Assembly (NCBI RefSeq): GCF_009914755.1
Contig: NC_060935.1
Source of the DNA: the human T2T-CHM13v2.0 reference genome, Homo sapiens
Length of the DNA: 64,000 bases
Strand: one strand, 5' to 3'
Shown here: positions 46,453-61,527 of the stretch, in pieces
How positions within the stretch are numbered: position 1 is the stretch's first letter
Layout of the letters: the number at the start of each line of letters is the position of its first letter
The notes under the pieces: generated by a model
Told to the model about the DNA's origin: nothing
The model's input: only the letters and a program-made list of their open reading frames with translations
Databases searched by the model: none
Position numbers and translations under genes: made by a program

Positions 46453-48949
46453 TTAGCTTTATTAACATCTTTGTCTTCTCTTAAATTCAAGGAAAATTAA
46501 ATTTTATACCTTTTATTAAATAGCATGTAAAGTGTGATCTCTTTCTAAACCACTTTTTGTAGTCAACTATCCATACATCCATTCACTCTCCCTTCTTAGT
46601 TACCTATCCATCCTTCTCTCTGTACACATAAGGAGAGTGACATCTGCAACAATGTTCACTTGTGTCAGCCATGGTTATTTGGTGGTGGTGGGATATTGAA
46701 GATTTTTAAATATTTTCTTTGTGTTCTACAATATTGTTTGAATTTTTTATAATAAGTATGTATCATGTTTATAAAAATAAATTATTATCTTAAAAAAACA
46801 GAGGGAGACAGTGCTCCTGGATTTCCCCCCAACAATTGGGGATTTCCTTGCTTTTCCCACTCTCCCTCACCGTATATACTCCAGGACCAAGGCTTTCAGG
46901 TTCTTCTGATACCCTAATACCCATGATTGTTCCAGAGGATTTTACTTCCAGAGCTCGGGGGTCCTTAGTGCTGGGGAACTTGAGTGGTGGAAATTCTTTG
47001 CAAGGAGGCTGTGGATACCCTGGCATGGAAACATACAACTGAGGAGAGGAGGAAAGATGGCCAGAGGACAGTGAGACAGCAAAAGGGTTGCGAGTCCAGG
47101 CATTTCTCATCTTACGTAGGAGGAGAGCAAGCCTAGGGCGGAAGAGTGGCTTGTTTAGAGTCAGCAGCCTGCCACACACAGCAAAGGCAATCAGTTGTCC
47201 CCTCAAAGGCATTCAGTATTTTTCCCCAAGCCCTGTGATTAAGGAAAGGTGGTAGGGCTTCAGGCCCTTATTCTCAGTACAGAAAGGGGGAAGGAAGGCA
47301 ATGTTAGGGCATAGGAGGGGGATTGGGACTGCAACCTCCCCCTCTTCAGCAGCTAGTCTTGTTTTTCCTATTGGATCTGCTAGAATTAGCATCTGTAGGG
47401 ACTTCAAGACCTCCCTGGAGGCATCTATAGCATCCATCACACAGAATGTTTAGAATCAGAGTAAAGGAGTCCTGACAGATATTGTGTCTGGATTTCAGCG
47501 AAGTGGAGAAGATTCAGAAAGCTCTGGGGGCCAATTCTTGTCTTTCCCACTCCAACTTGGGGGCATGGCCTATGTTTCCATAAACCCTCCAATATTTTAC
47601 TTTTTTTTTTTTTTTTCTGGGGAATGTGGTGGTGGTAGGAGTGTGGAGTGGACTCTTTCACAACTCTTGAGGACGGTCCCCATATAAATTCCAGGAAATT
47701 GTCAGCACCTCCCTAGTGGACAGCTCCCCATCAGCCACCAGAATCTCCCCATCTCAATGGGGCCCCTGGGCCACTGGTGTTCTGGGAACACTGGCTTGTC
47801 TTTCTCTTGTTCTTCTTTCTTTCTTAAAAAATTCACTTTGGTTTAAGGAGCTCCAATTTAAGAGATTTCATTATTTAAGATACCCAATGTATATAAAGGA
47901 ATGAGTTGGTCCAAATAAAGGACCTTTGGCTAAATATAAGAGCCTGAGTAATTGAATTAGAAACAGCTCAAGGATGGGTGTGTATCACAGCTCAGGAATC
48001 TTTTATAACAAGATTTTCAGAACCAAACCAACATCAAGAACACATCGTCTTACAAAAATTGTTTTGGGCTATTTCCCAGTATTAATGCAATATGGGAGAG
48101 GTTAGTTGGACAGAGAAATCTTAGAATTCCATGGATATTTTAATAGTTTAAGGCTAAAGTTCAGCATATTTGGAATCTGAATTGTCCCAGAAAATCCAGA
48201 GTTATGCTTCTCTTGCTCATAACCAGCAGTCTAGAATGACTCAGGTAGAAGAGAGAAGTCTAACAGGAAATGGAGATCCTGGCATTGTGAATGCCCTGGG
48301 AACTAAAGTACTAGAGGGTGCACAGATTTTCCTCTAGTAAAAGGAGGAAGCATAAAAAAGGGAGCATAAAGGTTTGAAAAATTGTGAAGCCATCTGTTAT
48401 TGCTTCCCTTAACAGAAGTGGAACACTGCCACCAGAGCCTGTAAGAAGGTATGTGGCCAGGTCAGGTGCTGGCAGGTGAGGCTGGTTGACTTCCATTAGG
48501 CTCTTTATGAATCAGCTTTTAGGGTGGAAAGTCTCCTTGGCCCAGAGCCTGGTTCTCATCTTGGTAGGCTTGGAAACACATGTTTATCAACACTGAGAGT
48601 GGCTCTATCTCACTCAGAATAGGGTTTCATTGTCTGAGCTTGCAAGTGCTTACTGTGTAAACTACTTGCTAAACATTTGTTGGCGATGAGAAGCAAAACC
48701 ACTTGGGGACTGGGCATTTGCTGCCTCTTGTCAGCATCCCCTCTTTTTTAATGGAAAGCCATCTGGGAAACCAGGTCATCATCAGAAGATTGCTTGGTGA
48801 GCTTGGAATCAGATTTAGGGGGGATCGTTTCATGATGGTGCAACCTGTTGATGGCAACAGGTTCTAATCAGCTGTTACCCCCATGCCTGGGATGGGGGAA
48901 GGACTTCCTTTGAAGCTGGGTAGGTTAAGGCCTTGGGTCAGGGGACTGC

Positions 48950-49740
<791 letters not shown>

Positions 49741-49851
49741 TATTTGCCCATCCCTGTATTGTGGGCAGTCATGAATTGACTTTGCTTAAAAAAGCTCATC
49801 CCTTTTTTTTCTGTGCTTGTATCATTGACCCTTTATGATTAGTCAATTCTC

Positions 49852-50153
<302 letters not shown>

Positions 50154-50686
50154 CTCTTTATTCTTTAAAATAAGTTTGTTAAACTGAATCAATTAGGTTC
50201 TGTGCTTCCTACTTCTTACCCCAGAATAGTCTATGATTATTGCTTTCTACATGTTCTAGTTTTATTTATAATGTGGGGGTTTAAAATTTTTACTTCTTAG
50301 AATTTTGGGAGTGCCTTGCTGATGACCACATGTACTGCTTAAAGGAGGTGGGATGGGGAGAAGGAGAAATAGATCAGTAACTAGAAAAGGAGAAACATTT
50401 AGAAACAAAGTATTTGATGGGTTCTGAACTTTTTATGCAACTTGACCACAAATTCTTAAGTTCATCTGGAAGAAAAAATGCAGAAGTCTAGCCAAGAACA
50501 TTTGGAAAAAGAACAATAGTGAAGAATTTTCCCTATTAGATGTCAAAATATACCATAAAGCTATAGTGGTTAAAACATTGTGGGATTGGCACAAGCATAG
50601 ACAAATAATTCAGTGGAACTGAACAGAGACTCCAGAAACAGATTCATCTACATGTAGAAGTTTAGTATATGATGAATATGGTATTT

Positions 50687-50721
50687 CACCCTTGATCTTA
50701 GCCAAAAGCCTGAGAAGTAAT
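50687..50721 (-). pseudogene. RNU2: U2 snRNA 5' fragment, tailless retrocopy
   Basis: Reverse complement attacttctcaggcttttggctaagatcaag matches U2 nt 1-31 (ATCGCTTCTCGGCCTTTTGGCTAAGATCAAG); 13-bp TSD gaata(t/c)ggtattt. Confidence 0.88.
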
Positions 50722-51155
50722 GAATACGGTATTTGAAATGACAGGGCACAAAGAGGGGAATAAGGGTGAATATTATAATAGATGATGTTCTTAGTTATCT
50801 ATCTGGGAAATGATTGGATTAGAATTCCTATCTCACACATATACAAATGAAAATAAATTTTCAAATGGATTACGGAAGGAATACTAAAGAACAAAACTAA
50901 AATGTTTTAGAACAAAACATTTGAGAGCAGTTTTTCAATCTTGGAGTGGGAAAGACCATTCTGAGATTCTAAAATTGAGAAGTCTTAATAAGAAGGGGCT
51001 GGTAGATTTGACTACATAAACTCGAAAACTTTTTTGCAAGTTAAGACACCATAAAAACATTAAGAACACAAAAGAGAGTTTTTCTGCATCTCTGCCCCCT
51101 CTCTCTGGTGTCTATCTTTCTAAGTCTGGCCTCTCTCGAGTCCCTGTCAGCTTGT

Positions 51156-51433
51156 CTGAGTCTCGGCTCCTCCCGGTGAGTCTCGGCCTCTCCCACTCTG
51201 AGTCTTGGCACCTCCCACTCTGAGTCTTGGCTCCTCCCACTGTGAGTCTCAGCTCCTCCCACTCTGAGTCTTGGCTCCTCCCTCTCTGGGTCTCAGCTCC
51301 TCCCCCTTTGAGTCTCGGCTCCTCCTTCTCTGAGTCTCAGCTCCTCTCTCTCAGAGACTCTTCCTCCTTCCCTGTCTTGGCTCCTTCCTTCCTGAGTTTC
51401 AGCTCCTAGCTCTGAGTCTCTGATCCTCCCTCT
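51156..51433. repeat. 22-bp minisatellite, consensus ctgagtctyrgctcctcccact, about 13 units
   Basis: Units start at 51198, 51220, 51242, 51264, 51286, 51308 and 51330, with degenerate units on both sides. Confidence 0.9.
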
Positions 51434-51681
51434 TTGGTTTTCTCCCCAGTCTTGTCTCCTACCTTTTCACTCAGGTTGTCTCACAATCTGTTTCCTCAAG
51501 AAAAGTAGACGAGTCCTGGACAGACAAATGATGAGTTTCATTCATAGACTGAGGAAGCAATAAGGAAAAAGGAAAAAAAAAAAGAAAACAGCATGGGAAA
51601 GATTTGCAGTGTATATAGAACAAAATATCAAGATTCATAAGGAATATATAGTAAGTATAAATCCATCAAAAAGGTACAACT

Positions 51682-51984
51682 GGCCAGGCGCGGTGGCTCA
51701 CACCTGTAATTCCAGTACTTTGGGGGGCCGAGGTGGATGGATCACTTGAGGTCAGGAGTTCCAAACCAGCCTGGCCAACATGGTGAAACCCCATCTCTAC
51801 TAAAAATACAAAAATTAGCCGGGCGTGGTGGTACACGCCTGTGATCCCAGCTATTCAGGAGGCTGAGGCAGGAGCATCACTTGAACCTGGGAGGCAGAGG
51901 TTGCAGTAAGCCAAGATCACACCACTTCACTTCAGCCTGGGTGACAGAGTGAGACTCCGTCTCAAAAACAAAAACAAAAAAAAA
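51682..51984 (+). mobile_element. AluSx-like
   Basis: TSD aaaaagg(ta/cg)caact. Confidence 0.92.
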
Positions 51985-52197
51985 GGCGCAACTACCATGA
52001 GAAAATTGGTTAAAGGATATTCACAGGCAATTCAAAGACACTGAAATGTGTGCAGCTTAGTAAGTGCTGTGATGCACCGGGCTCCCTCCTTCAGAGCCGG
52101 GTACTCCTTCTCCAATGCTGGGAGTCTCAGTAGCCTGTGGTTACTCCGTGAGTCTCTCTCTAGGAGTCGTCATTTATTCAGAACAAAAGTATATCCT

Positions 52198-52500
52198 AGC
52201 TGGGCGTGGTGGCTCACGCCTGTAATCCCAGCACTTTGGGAGGCTGAGGCGGGCGGATCACTTGAGGTCAGGAGTTCAAGACCAGCCTGGCCAACACGGT
52301 GAAACCCCGTCTCTACTAAAAATACAAAAATTAGCTGAGCATGGTGGCACATGCCTGTAGTCCCAGCTACTTGGGAGGCTGAGGCAGGAGAATCACATGA
52401 ACCTGGGAGGTGTAGTTGCAGTGAGCCAAGATTGCACCACTGCACTCCAGCCTCGGCAACAGAGAGAGACTCTGTCTCAAAAAAAAAAAAAAAAAAAAAA
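52198..52500 (+). mobile_element. AluS with long pure polyA
   Basis: Full dimer; flanks share atatcct. Confidence 0.92.
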
Positions 52501-52583
52501 ATGATATCCTGCCATTCCTATGAGAGAAGTCACAGAGAAGTCTGAAATACACAAAAAAGTCTTTATAATTAAGTGGTCTTCAC

Positions 52584-52845
<262 letters not shown>

Positions 52846-52958
52846 CACATTTTTATAATTATAATTGAAAATAGTCTTCACAGTTTCATTATAATAATCA
52901 TGTCAATTTCCTAAGTTTTTAAAATTTAATTTAAATTAAAACCTTGAATTTCCTTTAG

Positions 52959-54094
<1,136 letters not shown>

Positions 54095-55042
54095 CCAATT
54101 TGCATTTATGTAGATGACATGTTATTGTCTAAACCAAACCTTTTTTGGTATTTGTTTGCTTTTACGTCAGGCTTTGAAGTTGCTAAGAAATTTGCTCTGC
54201 CCTCCCTACTCTCCTCGAAGGAGATGTGACCTGTTCCCTGGATTACCCTAAGGATCCACCACCCTTCAGTAACCGAGGGGGCCAAGGGCCAGGAAAGCGG
54301 GCAGCAACTGAATTCCTCTCTGGGATCTGACTGTCCTCAGCAGAGAGAAACACCACACGGACTGGAGCAGAGCCACAGTTCTGTGAGCTGTGAGTTCGTC
54401 AGAGAGATGTCCCTGACAACAACAGCTGGGTTTGTGATTGTGATTTCCCTGGCAGCTCTGTGAATCCATGTGCTCATCTTTCCTGACATGAGCCTCTCCC
54501 CCTTGCACAATGCAATGGGGTTTTTACTATCCACCTGGAGCAGTTGAGGTCCAGAGAGGCCAAGGAAATAAGCGAGAAGGACAACAGCAGGATTCAAAGC
54601 CAAATGCCACATAGCGTACATGCCTGAATGAGGGCATGGGTTCCCTAAGAAGCCCTCCCTTCCTTTATGCTCCACAGGCTCCTGTGCCATTCCCAATTAT
54701 GCCCCGTTGGAAGTATCTTGGAATTCTTTAACTATTCTTGTACACAGCTCTAACACCTCTGATTGTCAGGGATTCATGTATACCTGTGGAGTCTAAAGGG
54801 TGCAGCAAAGCAGTTAATTTTCTCAGCAAATCATCCACTGGTCCATATAGCAGCAGCCTTAGATAGGCAAATCGGTGTTCCCTTTGCCCTCTTTGCCTCC
54901 CTTATGACCCCGTTTCTTTGCACTCCCTGGCCTCCCCTTGGATTCCTACTCTGTTATAGAGTGATAGCATCACATCCTGAGGTCTTCAGGAATTAATGTC
55001 TTTCAAAATAGTCAGAGGAGCATCATAAAACAAGTCTTTCTC

Positions 55043-55371
<329 letters not shown>

Positions 55372-58300
55372 CTAACAGAGTTTCTGCCACTCTATGGTGA
55401 CTATCTAGAGACAAACCTTCACTACAAGAATGGTGGGGTTATATGTTGGGAAGAAGTGGGCAAGGGGAACAGGAAACCTCATTATGCTACCACCGCTCCT
55501 CTCCCAGGTGGCGGACCCCTTGAGGGCAGGGATGTGTCAGAATCCCGCCTGTCCCCACACTAAGCACAGGGTCTGTTGCAAGGGGAAAGCTCAGTGAACC
55601 TTGGATGAGTGAATGAAAATACTCGGGCTGTAGGAAATCAGCCCTCAACGACATCCCTGAAGCCCGTGCCTCCTTCATATGTGCAACCCACTTTGTCCCC
55701 CACCCACTGCCTCTGGTGTGACTCACTTTCATTCATCCATTTACCAACATTAAGAACTATGTTCACTGACTGTGCTGGAGCCCTCTGGAGGGGCCAGACA
55801 ACCCCAACAGTTGCAACACTGTCTTCCGCTGCTAGGATGGGGTCGACACAGGGCACGGTGGGGACGCAGAGGAAAAGGGCTGGATCCAGACACGGCAATT
55901 GGGAAAAGCTTGAAGTTCTTTCTAGAAGCTGTAAAGTTCCGGGCCAGAGGTAGGGACAGGGCGAGGGGAGCCAGCAGAGAGAGAGAGCTGGCCTGCAGTG
56001 GGGCCAACAAAAAATGTGGCCAGCCGCTGGCCAGGAAGGGGAGTGAGAAGCCTCAAATGAAGCTTTGACATTGTTTTTCTTTCTTCTGGAGTGCTGCCAC
56101 GTGCCGCCACACAGAGCATCTCACGGGTAGATGCGTATTATTGCAATGTGTTTATCTAGGAAACCAGAGCCCAGCTCCAGCATCTGGTTTTCAGCACAAT
56201 CCTGAGTGAAGTCCAATTTTCCAGTTGGGTTAATGAAAATAAAACTTGGGAAGTTGTGGGCTGGCTGCATCAGGGGCTGAATTCTGGGCTCATGCAGGGC
56301 CATGGATTGCAGAGCCGGAAGGGCTTGGGCAGGTCATGGATTTATTGTGGACAACCTTGCATGGGGAGGGAGTTGCTGCCTGGCCTGGCTCTGAGGAACA
56401 CGCCTCACAGAGGAATGATGTCTTTGGATTTTCTCTGTCTTAACCTGACACCAGTTGACGGAGCACCTACTTTGGCTGAAACACTGGGCTGCGTTGTGGG
56501 GCAGGGGTGAAGCACAGGTGTGGACCAGTGCCTGAGCCCAGCTTGCTCGAGCACAGTGCAGCCAAGGAGAGATGCCCGAACACACAGGCATCACACAGGT
56601 GGACTGCTGAGTGGGACCCTGATAGCTTGTCAGGGCTCACCACTTTGAAGCTGTCTGGAGACCTGGGATCCGAGAGAGACTCGTTTTTAAAAGCCAGCTT
56701 AAAAAAAGGCGTAGCCAGGTTTCCGGGAGACCTGGAAACCAGAACTAAAAGTCCACTGGCTCTCTTTGCATCTCCGTCTGCAAGTCTTGAGTATTTGTTT
56801 CATGTTTCTCTCTCCTTGCAGAACAGGTTTCTCTGATCTTCAGACAGTGTGGCAGAAAACACAATTGCCCTACAGCTCCTGAGTCCACATGAGCCTCTTT
56901 ATCTCTCTCTCTTTCTTCCCCCACTCCAAGTTCCTTGGGGTAAAGGTGCTAGTTAGCTCTGGCAGGTGACAGGCTCACTATTGGTAAAATCAGAGGTGGC
57001 TAGGGGGTCAGAGTCACATGTATGAATATGGCTAAGAGGAGCCCACCCTGAGGTCCCATGCCTGGGGGTTCTTGTTTATAGAAAGTGCTTAGTAGTGAAC
57101 TGCAAGTCACAGACAGCTGCTTCTTTGATGTGACTCCACCCTTGTGAGGGAGACAGGACAGGGAAATGGGGGCCAGCCATTAGTGTGAGAGTAAGGCTGG
57201 ACCCAGGGCTCCTGACTCCCAGCCCAGTGCTCTTTCCACACTCTGTTCCGCTGGTCCTGATGTGGAGCCAACAGTTTTGAAATGGACTGTGCCTATGTGG
57301 TTTCCCCTCGGGAGCAGCTGCAGAACGAGCAGTGTTGATTAAATAGGATTTTGTTGGCAGGCCTTGGAACGAGTGGGGAGCCAAACACCAGTGGTGTGGC
57401 TAGCTGCAACCCTTGGGGAGGTTATCAGAAGGTGTGTGTCATAGATCCTGGACAGGGTGACCTCTCACAGGGTGTCAGGATCCTGGGGGAAGGATGGGCC
57501 CTTACCAAGGATGGTCTTCCTTACCCCAAGGTTGCTTCCTAGACAGAATGTAGGGAAGGCCCAGGCAGGGCAGGGAGGAAGAGCCTCTCTCTCCTGAGTC
57601 TCACCTCACACTAAGGAATCACACTGAGTCATAAAATGGTGTTAGGGGAAGATGCCTTTCTCTGAAGCTGGAGAGGAGGGTCCCCAAGGCAGGCCAGAGA
57701 GCCAGTTCCTAAAGGACTATAAGGGGTAGGACATTTGGTGTCTCCTTGGTCATCCGTAATCCTGCTGAACAATGACGCTTTCCCTCATTCCACCATCTTG
57801 GTGTGGGAAGGGATACTTATGTTTTTCAAGATGCTGTCAGTTTTGTGTGCACCTTGCTGTCCCTGCAGCTGTCTCTCCAGCACCTCATGCCTGGAGTCAC
57901 TGATGTTCCCACTTCCAGGCCTGAGCCCATCTGGGAGCCTGAGCCAATACTGAAAACAGCCCCAATCCCATTCCATGGGGCTTGGAATCATCTTCCTGCT
58001 GGTAGCACCAGGCTGGGCTTCCTGCTTTGCTGTGTTGGTATATCCACAGGACTGGGGTCTCGCCTTGATCTTTCTTCCTAGTTCACTTGGTTATATTTCC
58101 TTGAACCCTTCCTGTGGGTCTGTACCCATGTTTTAAGCCTTCCTGGGGCTCTATACCTGCTTATAAACTTTGGCCCATTCCTCCAGCCACTGATGAAGGG
58201 AACCCTGGGCATGGTGATGAACCTTCACCTGGCTTCATGTTACCTCCCATCTCTATCATCTCTGCCAACTGGCCTGGCTATCTTTAATAGTGATGTCAAC

Positions 58301-58974
58301 TAGGGATGACCTCTGAACAGTTTACCAGCCCATTTTGCAGCTGGGCTGGAACCTGTGGCTCAGGGTTAGTGAGGAGGCTTTCTCCATTTTCTTTGTTCTT
58401 CTCCTTGGCCCTACATTCTTTCTCCATGAGCCCATTCTAATGACACTTGGCATGGGCTATGCTTCCTGTCCCACTGAGCCATGCCCAGGAGTCTTCTCTC
58501 CTTTCCATTTGTCTCCCTTCTGTTGGTTGCAAAGGTCATTAGGAGTCCATTGACAGCAGCCCATCCCCCAGTGAGTAGATCTCCTCATGTACTGGTAAGG
58601 GTTACTGACTGCAAGATCACATTCCTCATGTAGACATCTCCCAGAGTATTATGGGTCATCCCGCATCAGCTCATCAACCCATGTGATTAACCTGAGTCAA
58701 GGCAACTCTGGCCAAAGTGAAGAAGGAGAAAGTCAGACTATATATATTCTTTATTTTTTGGTTTTAATTCTCCCTGTCATGATGCAGGCAGGTATTACCT
58801 GAGCACATGCAAGCCTGACTTATCCTAATCTCTTTCTCATCTAGGTGCTAAAATGACATTTTCTCTGAACTTGGGTCTATAGAATTCTTGCTAGTGCAGG
58901 GTCTGTTCTGTTCAGTCACCACCCATTCCTCAGACATGGTTTCTATTGCCTTTTGCCCACAGCTGAAATTCCCC

Positions 58975-59020
58975 CATCCATCCATCCATCTATCCATCCA
59001 CCCATCCATCCACCCATCCA
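58975..59020. repeat. (CATC)n microsatellite
   Basis: Seen directly. Confidence 0.85.
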
Positions 59021-59179
59021 GTCATCTAATAAATGTATCTGCCAAGTCCTGTGTAAACAACTCAGGCATGGTTTCTTCCTGCAAGGAGCCTTGTGTCTGC
59101 CTCAAGCCCTGCCTCTGTCTGGCAGGACCTGGACTGTCTCCAGCTGGACTTGCTAATATGTCTCCAGTCTAGGCTCATT

Positions 59180-61020
59180 CTTATGGGGATAGCAGACAAT
59201 GGCAGGGAGACTGGCAATAAACATGTAAACATATAATTAATTGTCAACTGCTAATTGGCTTAATGTTATATAAAGAATAAGACTGCAAAAGAAAATGACA
59301 ACAAATTATGAGGGCACCTACTTAGGAAGGGTATTAGGAGTAGGCTTTCTGAGGAAGTGACCTTTAAGCTAAGATCTGAAGGATGTCATAGGGGAAAAAA
59401 ATGTGCAGAGAACAGAAAACAAAAAGTGCTAAGGCCCTGAGGTGGAGAAGGAAACATGTTCCAGAACTGGAAAGAAGCTTGATGTGGCTGAAGTACAGCA
59501 AATGAGAAAGTGGCATAAAATGAGACCAGGGAAGAAGGCAGGAGACATATTCATGCACAGCTTTTTGGCCTTGGTGAGGAAGTTATAAAAGGAAAGAGCT
59601 AAAGCAGAAATTGATGTGATCTGATTTAAAAGATTGCTCTAGCTGCTACGTGGAAAATAGATTGGAGAGGGGGTCACATGGAAGCAAGGAACTGCTGGTC
59701 TTTTAGCCAAGGGATGATGGGTGGCTTAATCTGATGGGACAGCACTGGAGACAAGTTTGGGGTATAGAGTAGGATGTGGTGGGCAAGGGAGACTTCATGT
59801 ACTTTTGCCACATTTCTGCTTGAGAAACTGAGTGAATAGTGTAGGGGTGGGTTGCCCCTCCACACCTGTGGGTGTTTCTCGTAAGGTGGGACGAGAGATT
59901 TGGAAAAGAAAAAGACACAGAGACAAAGTATAGAGAAAGAAATAAGGGGACCCGGGGAACCAGCGTTCAGCATATGGAGGATCCCGCCAGCCTCTGAGTT
60001 CCCTTAGTATTTATTCATCATTTGTGGGTGTTTCTCGAAGAGGGGGATGTGTAAGGGTCACAAGACAATTGTGGGGAGAGGGTCAGCAGACAAACACGTG
60101 AACAAAGGTCTTTGCATCATAGACAATGTAAAGGATTAAGTGCTGTGCTTTTAGATATGCATACACATAAACATCTCAATGCTTTACAAAGCAGTATTGC
60201 TGCCCGCAGGTCCCACCTCCAGCCCTAAGGCAGTTTTTCCCTATCTCAGTAGATGGAGCATACAATCGGGTTTTATACCGAGACATTCCATTGCCCAGGG
60301 ACAGGCAGGAGACAGATGCCTTCCTCTTGTCTCAACTGCAAGAGGCGTTCCTTCCTCTTTTACTAATCCTCCTCAGCACAGACCCTTTACGGGTGTCGGG
60401 CTGGGGGACGGTCAGGTCTTTCCCTTCCCACGAGGCCATATTTCAGACTATCACATGGGGAGAAACCTTGGACAATACCTGGCTTTCCTAGGCAGAGGAC
60501 CCTGCGGCCTTCCGCAGTGTTTGTGTCCCTGGGTACTTGAGATTAGGGAGTGGTGATGACTCTTAAGGAGCATGCTGCCTTCAAGCATCTGTTTAACAAA
60601 GCACATCTTGCACCGCCCTTAATCCATTTAACTCTTAGTTGACACAGCACATGTTTCAGAGAGCACAGGGTTGGGGGTAAGGTTATAGATTAACAGAATC
60701 TCAAGGCAGAAGAATTTTTCTTAGTACATAACAAAATGGAGTCTCCTATGTCTACTTCTTTCTACACAGACACAGTAACAATCTGATCTCTCTTGCTTTT
60801 CCCCACAAATAGTGGTGTCTTTAACTGAGATATGAAGATCACAAGCAGAGAAGCTTCCGAGTTCAGGGAGGAAATCCAGAGTTCGGATTTGAGCATGTTA
60901 AGTTTGAGATCTCCGTTAGACATCCACGAAGGTCAGGTAGGCACTTGAATAAATGAGACTGGAACTCAGAAGAGGCTTGGGCTGGAGCGAAAGCTGAATT
61001 GTCAGCATATGGAGAATAGG
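59180..61020 (-). mobile_element. L2 split by LTR5_Hs
   Basis: ctgaggaagtgacctttaagctaagatctgaagg; resumes after 60812 with ggtgtctttaactgagat...gagcatgttaagtttgag. Confidence 0.8.
59840..60807 (-). mobile_element. HERV-K(HML-2) LTR5_Hs solo LTR, 968 bp
   Basis: Minus strand reads TGTGGGGAAAAGCAAGAGAGATCAG...GGCAACCCACCCCTACA; TSD aatag at 59835-59839 and 60808-60812; many CpGs retained. Confidence 0.97.
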
Positions 61021-61452
61021 TAAGGTAGGAGGGACACCCTCTTATCTGTTTCCCTGGGAGCCTTGCACTAAAGCTAAGGTCTTTCAAACAGACTTGAGTA
61101 AAGGCATCAGGGGTGGGGGACCTGGAATACCCTTCCAATATGAGGGCTCTTGGGTTCCTGCAGGGCCAGGACTGTGCATAATAGTGATTCAACTGGGGCA
61201 GGAGAACTTTCTTGGCTCCACTGGGGCTGGCCTTTCTTAGGATTGTTTTAAATTCCATTGATTATTCTTTGCTTTGCTCTGGAAACAACTACTCTTTATG
61301 TAAGCCCTCTCTGAAAGTGACAAATCATGGAAAAATTCTTTTGGATTTGAATGCAGTGAAGGCAGAGAGGGCGCATCTTGCTTTGTGGTGTGGAGGCCAT
61401 GCTGAGGATGTGCCGCGGGCCAGAGAGCTGGAAAGTGAGTTCAGGCAGCCAG

Positions 61453-61527
61453 GCTGAGTCAACCCTTCACCCCTGAGAAACCCACGCAGAGCGTCACGTG
61501 ATGTGGAGGAACAGGGGCACTGAGTCA
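61453..61527. promoter_or_regulatory. Candidate enhancer motif cluster (ARE/AP-1, XRE core, E-box, AP-1)
   Basis: gctgagtca 61453-61461, cacgca 61483-61488, gtcacgtga 61493-61501, tgagtca 61521-61527. Confidence 0.4.

Larger units (their letters stand above)
50435..52035 (+). mobile_element. Old L1M ORF2 remnant carrying U2, minisatellite and Alu insertions
   Basis: ttggcacaagcatagacaaat...cagtggaactgaacagagactccagaaacaga; tttgactacataaa. Confidence 0.75.

Noticed and set aside
51156-51433. CRISPR-like regular repeat
   Set aside because: Units abut with no unique spacers, there are no cas genes, and the DNA is eukaryotic; it is a minisatellite
59840-60807. SVA element or HERV-K provirus
   Set aside because: No SVA hexamer/VNTR/polyA and no PBS or gag; the TSD directly flanks a single LTR
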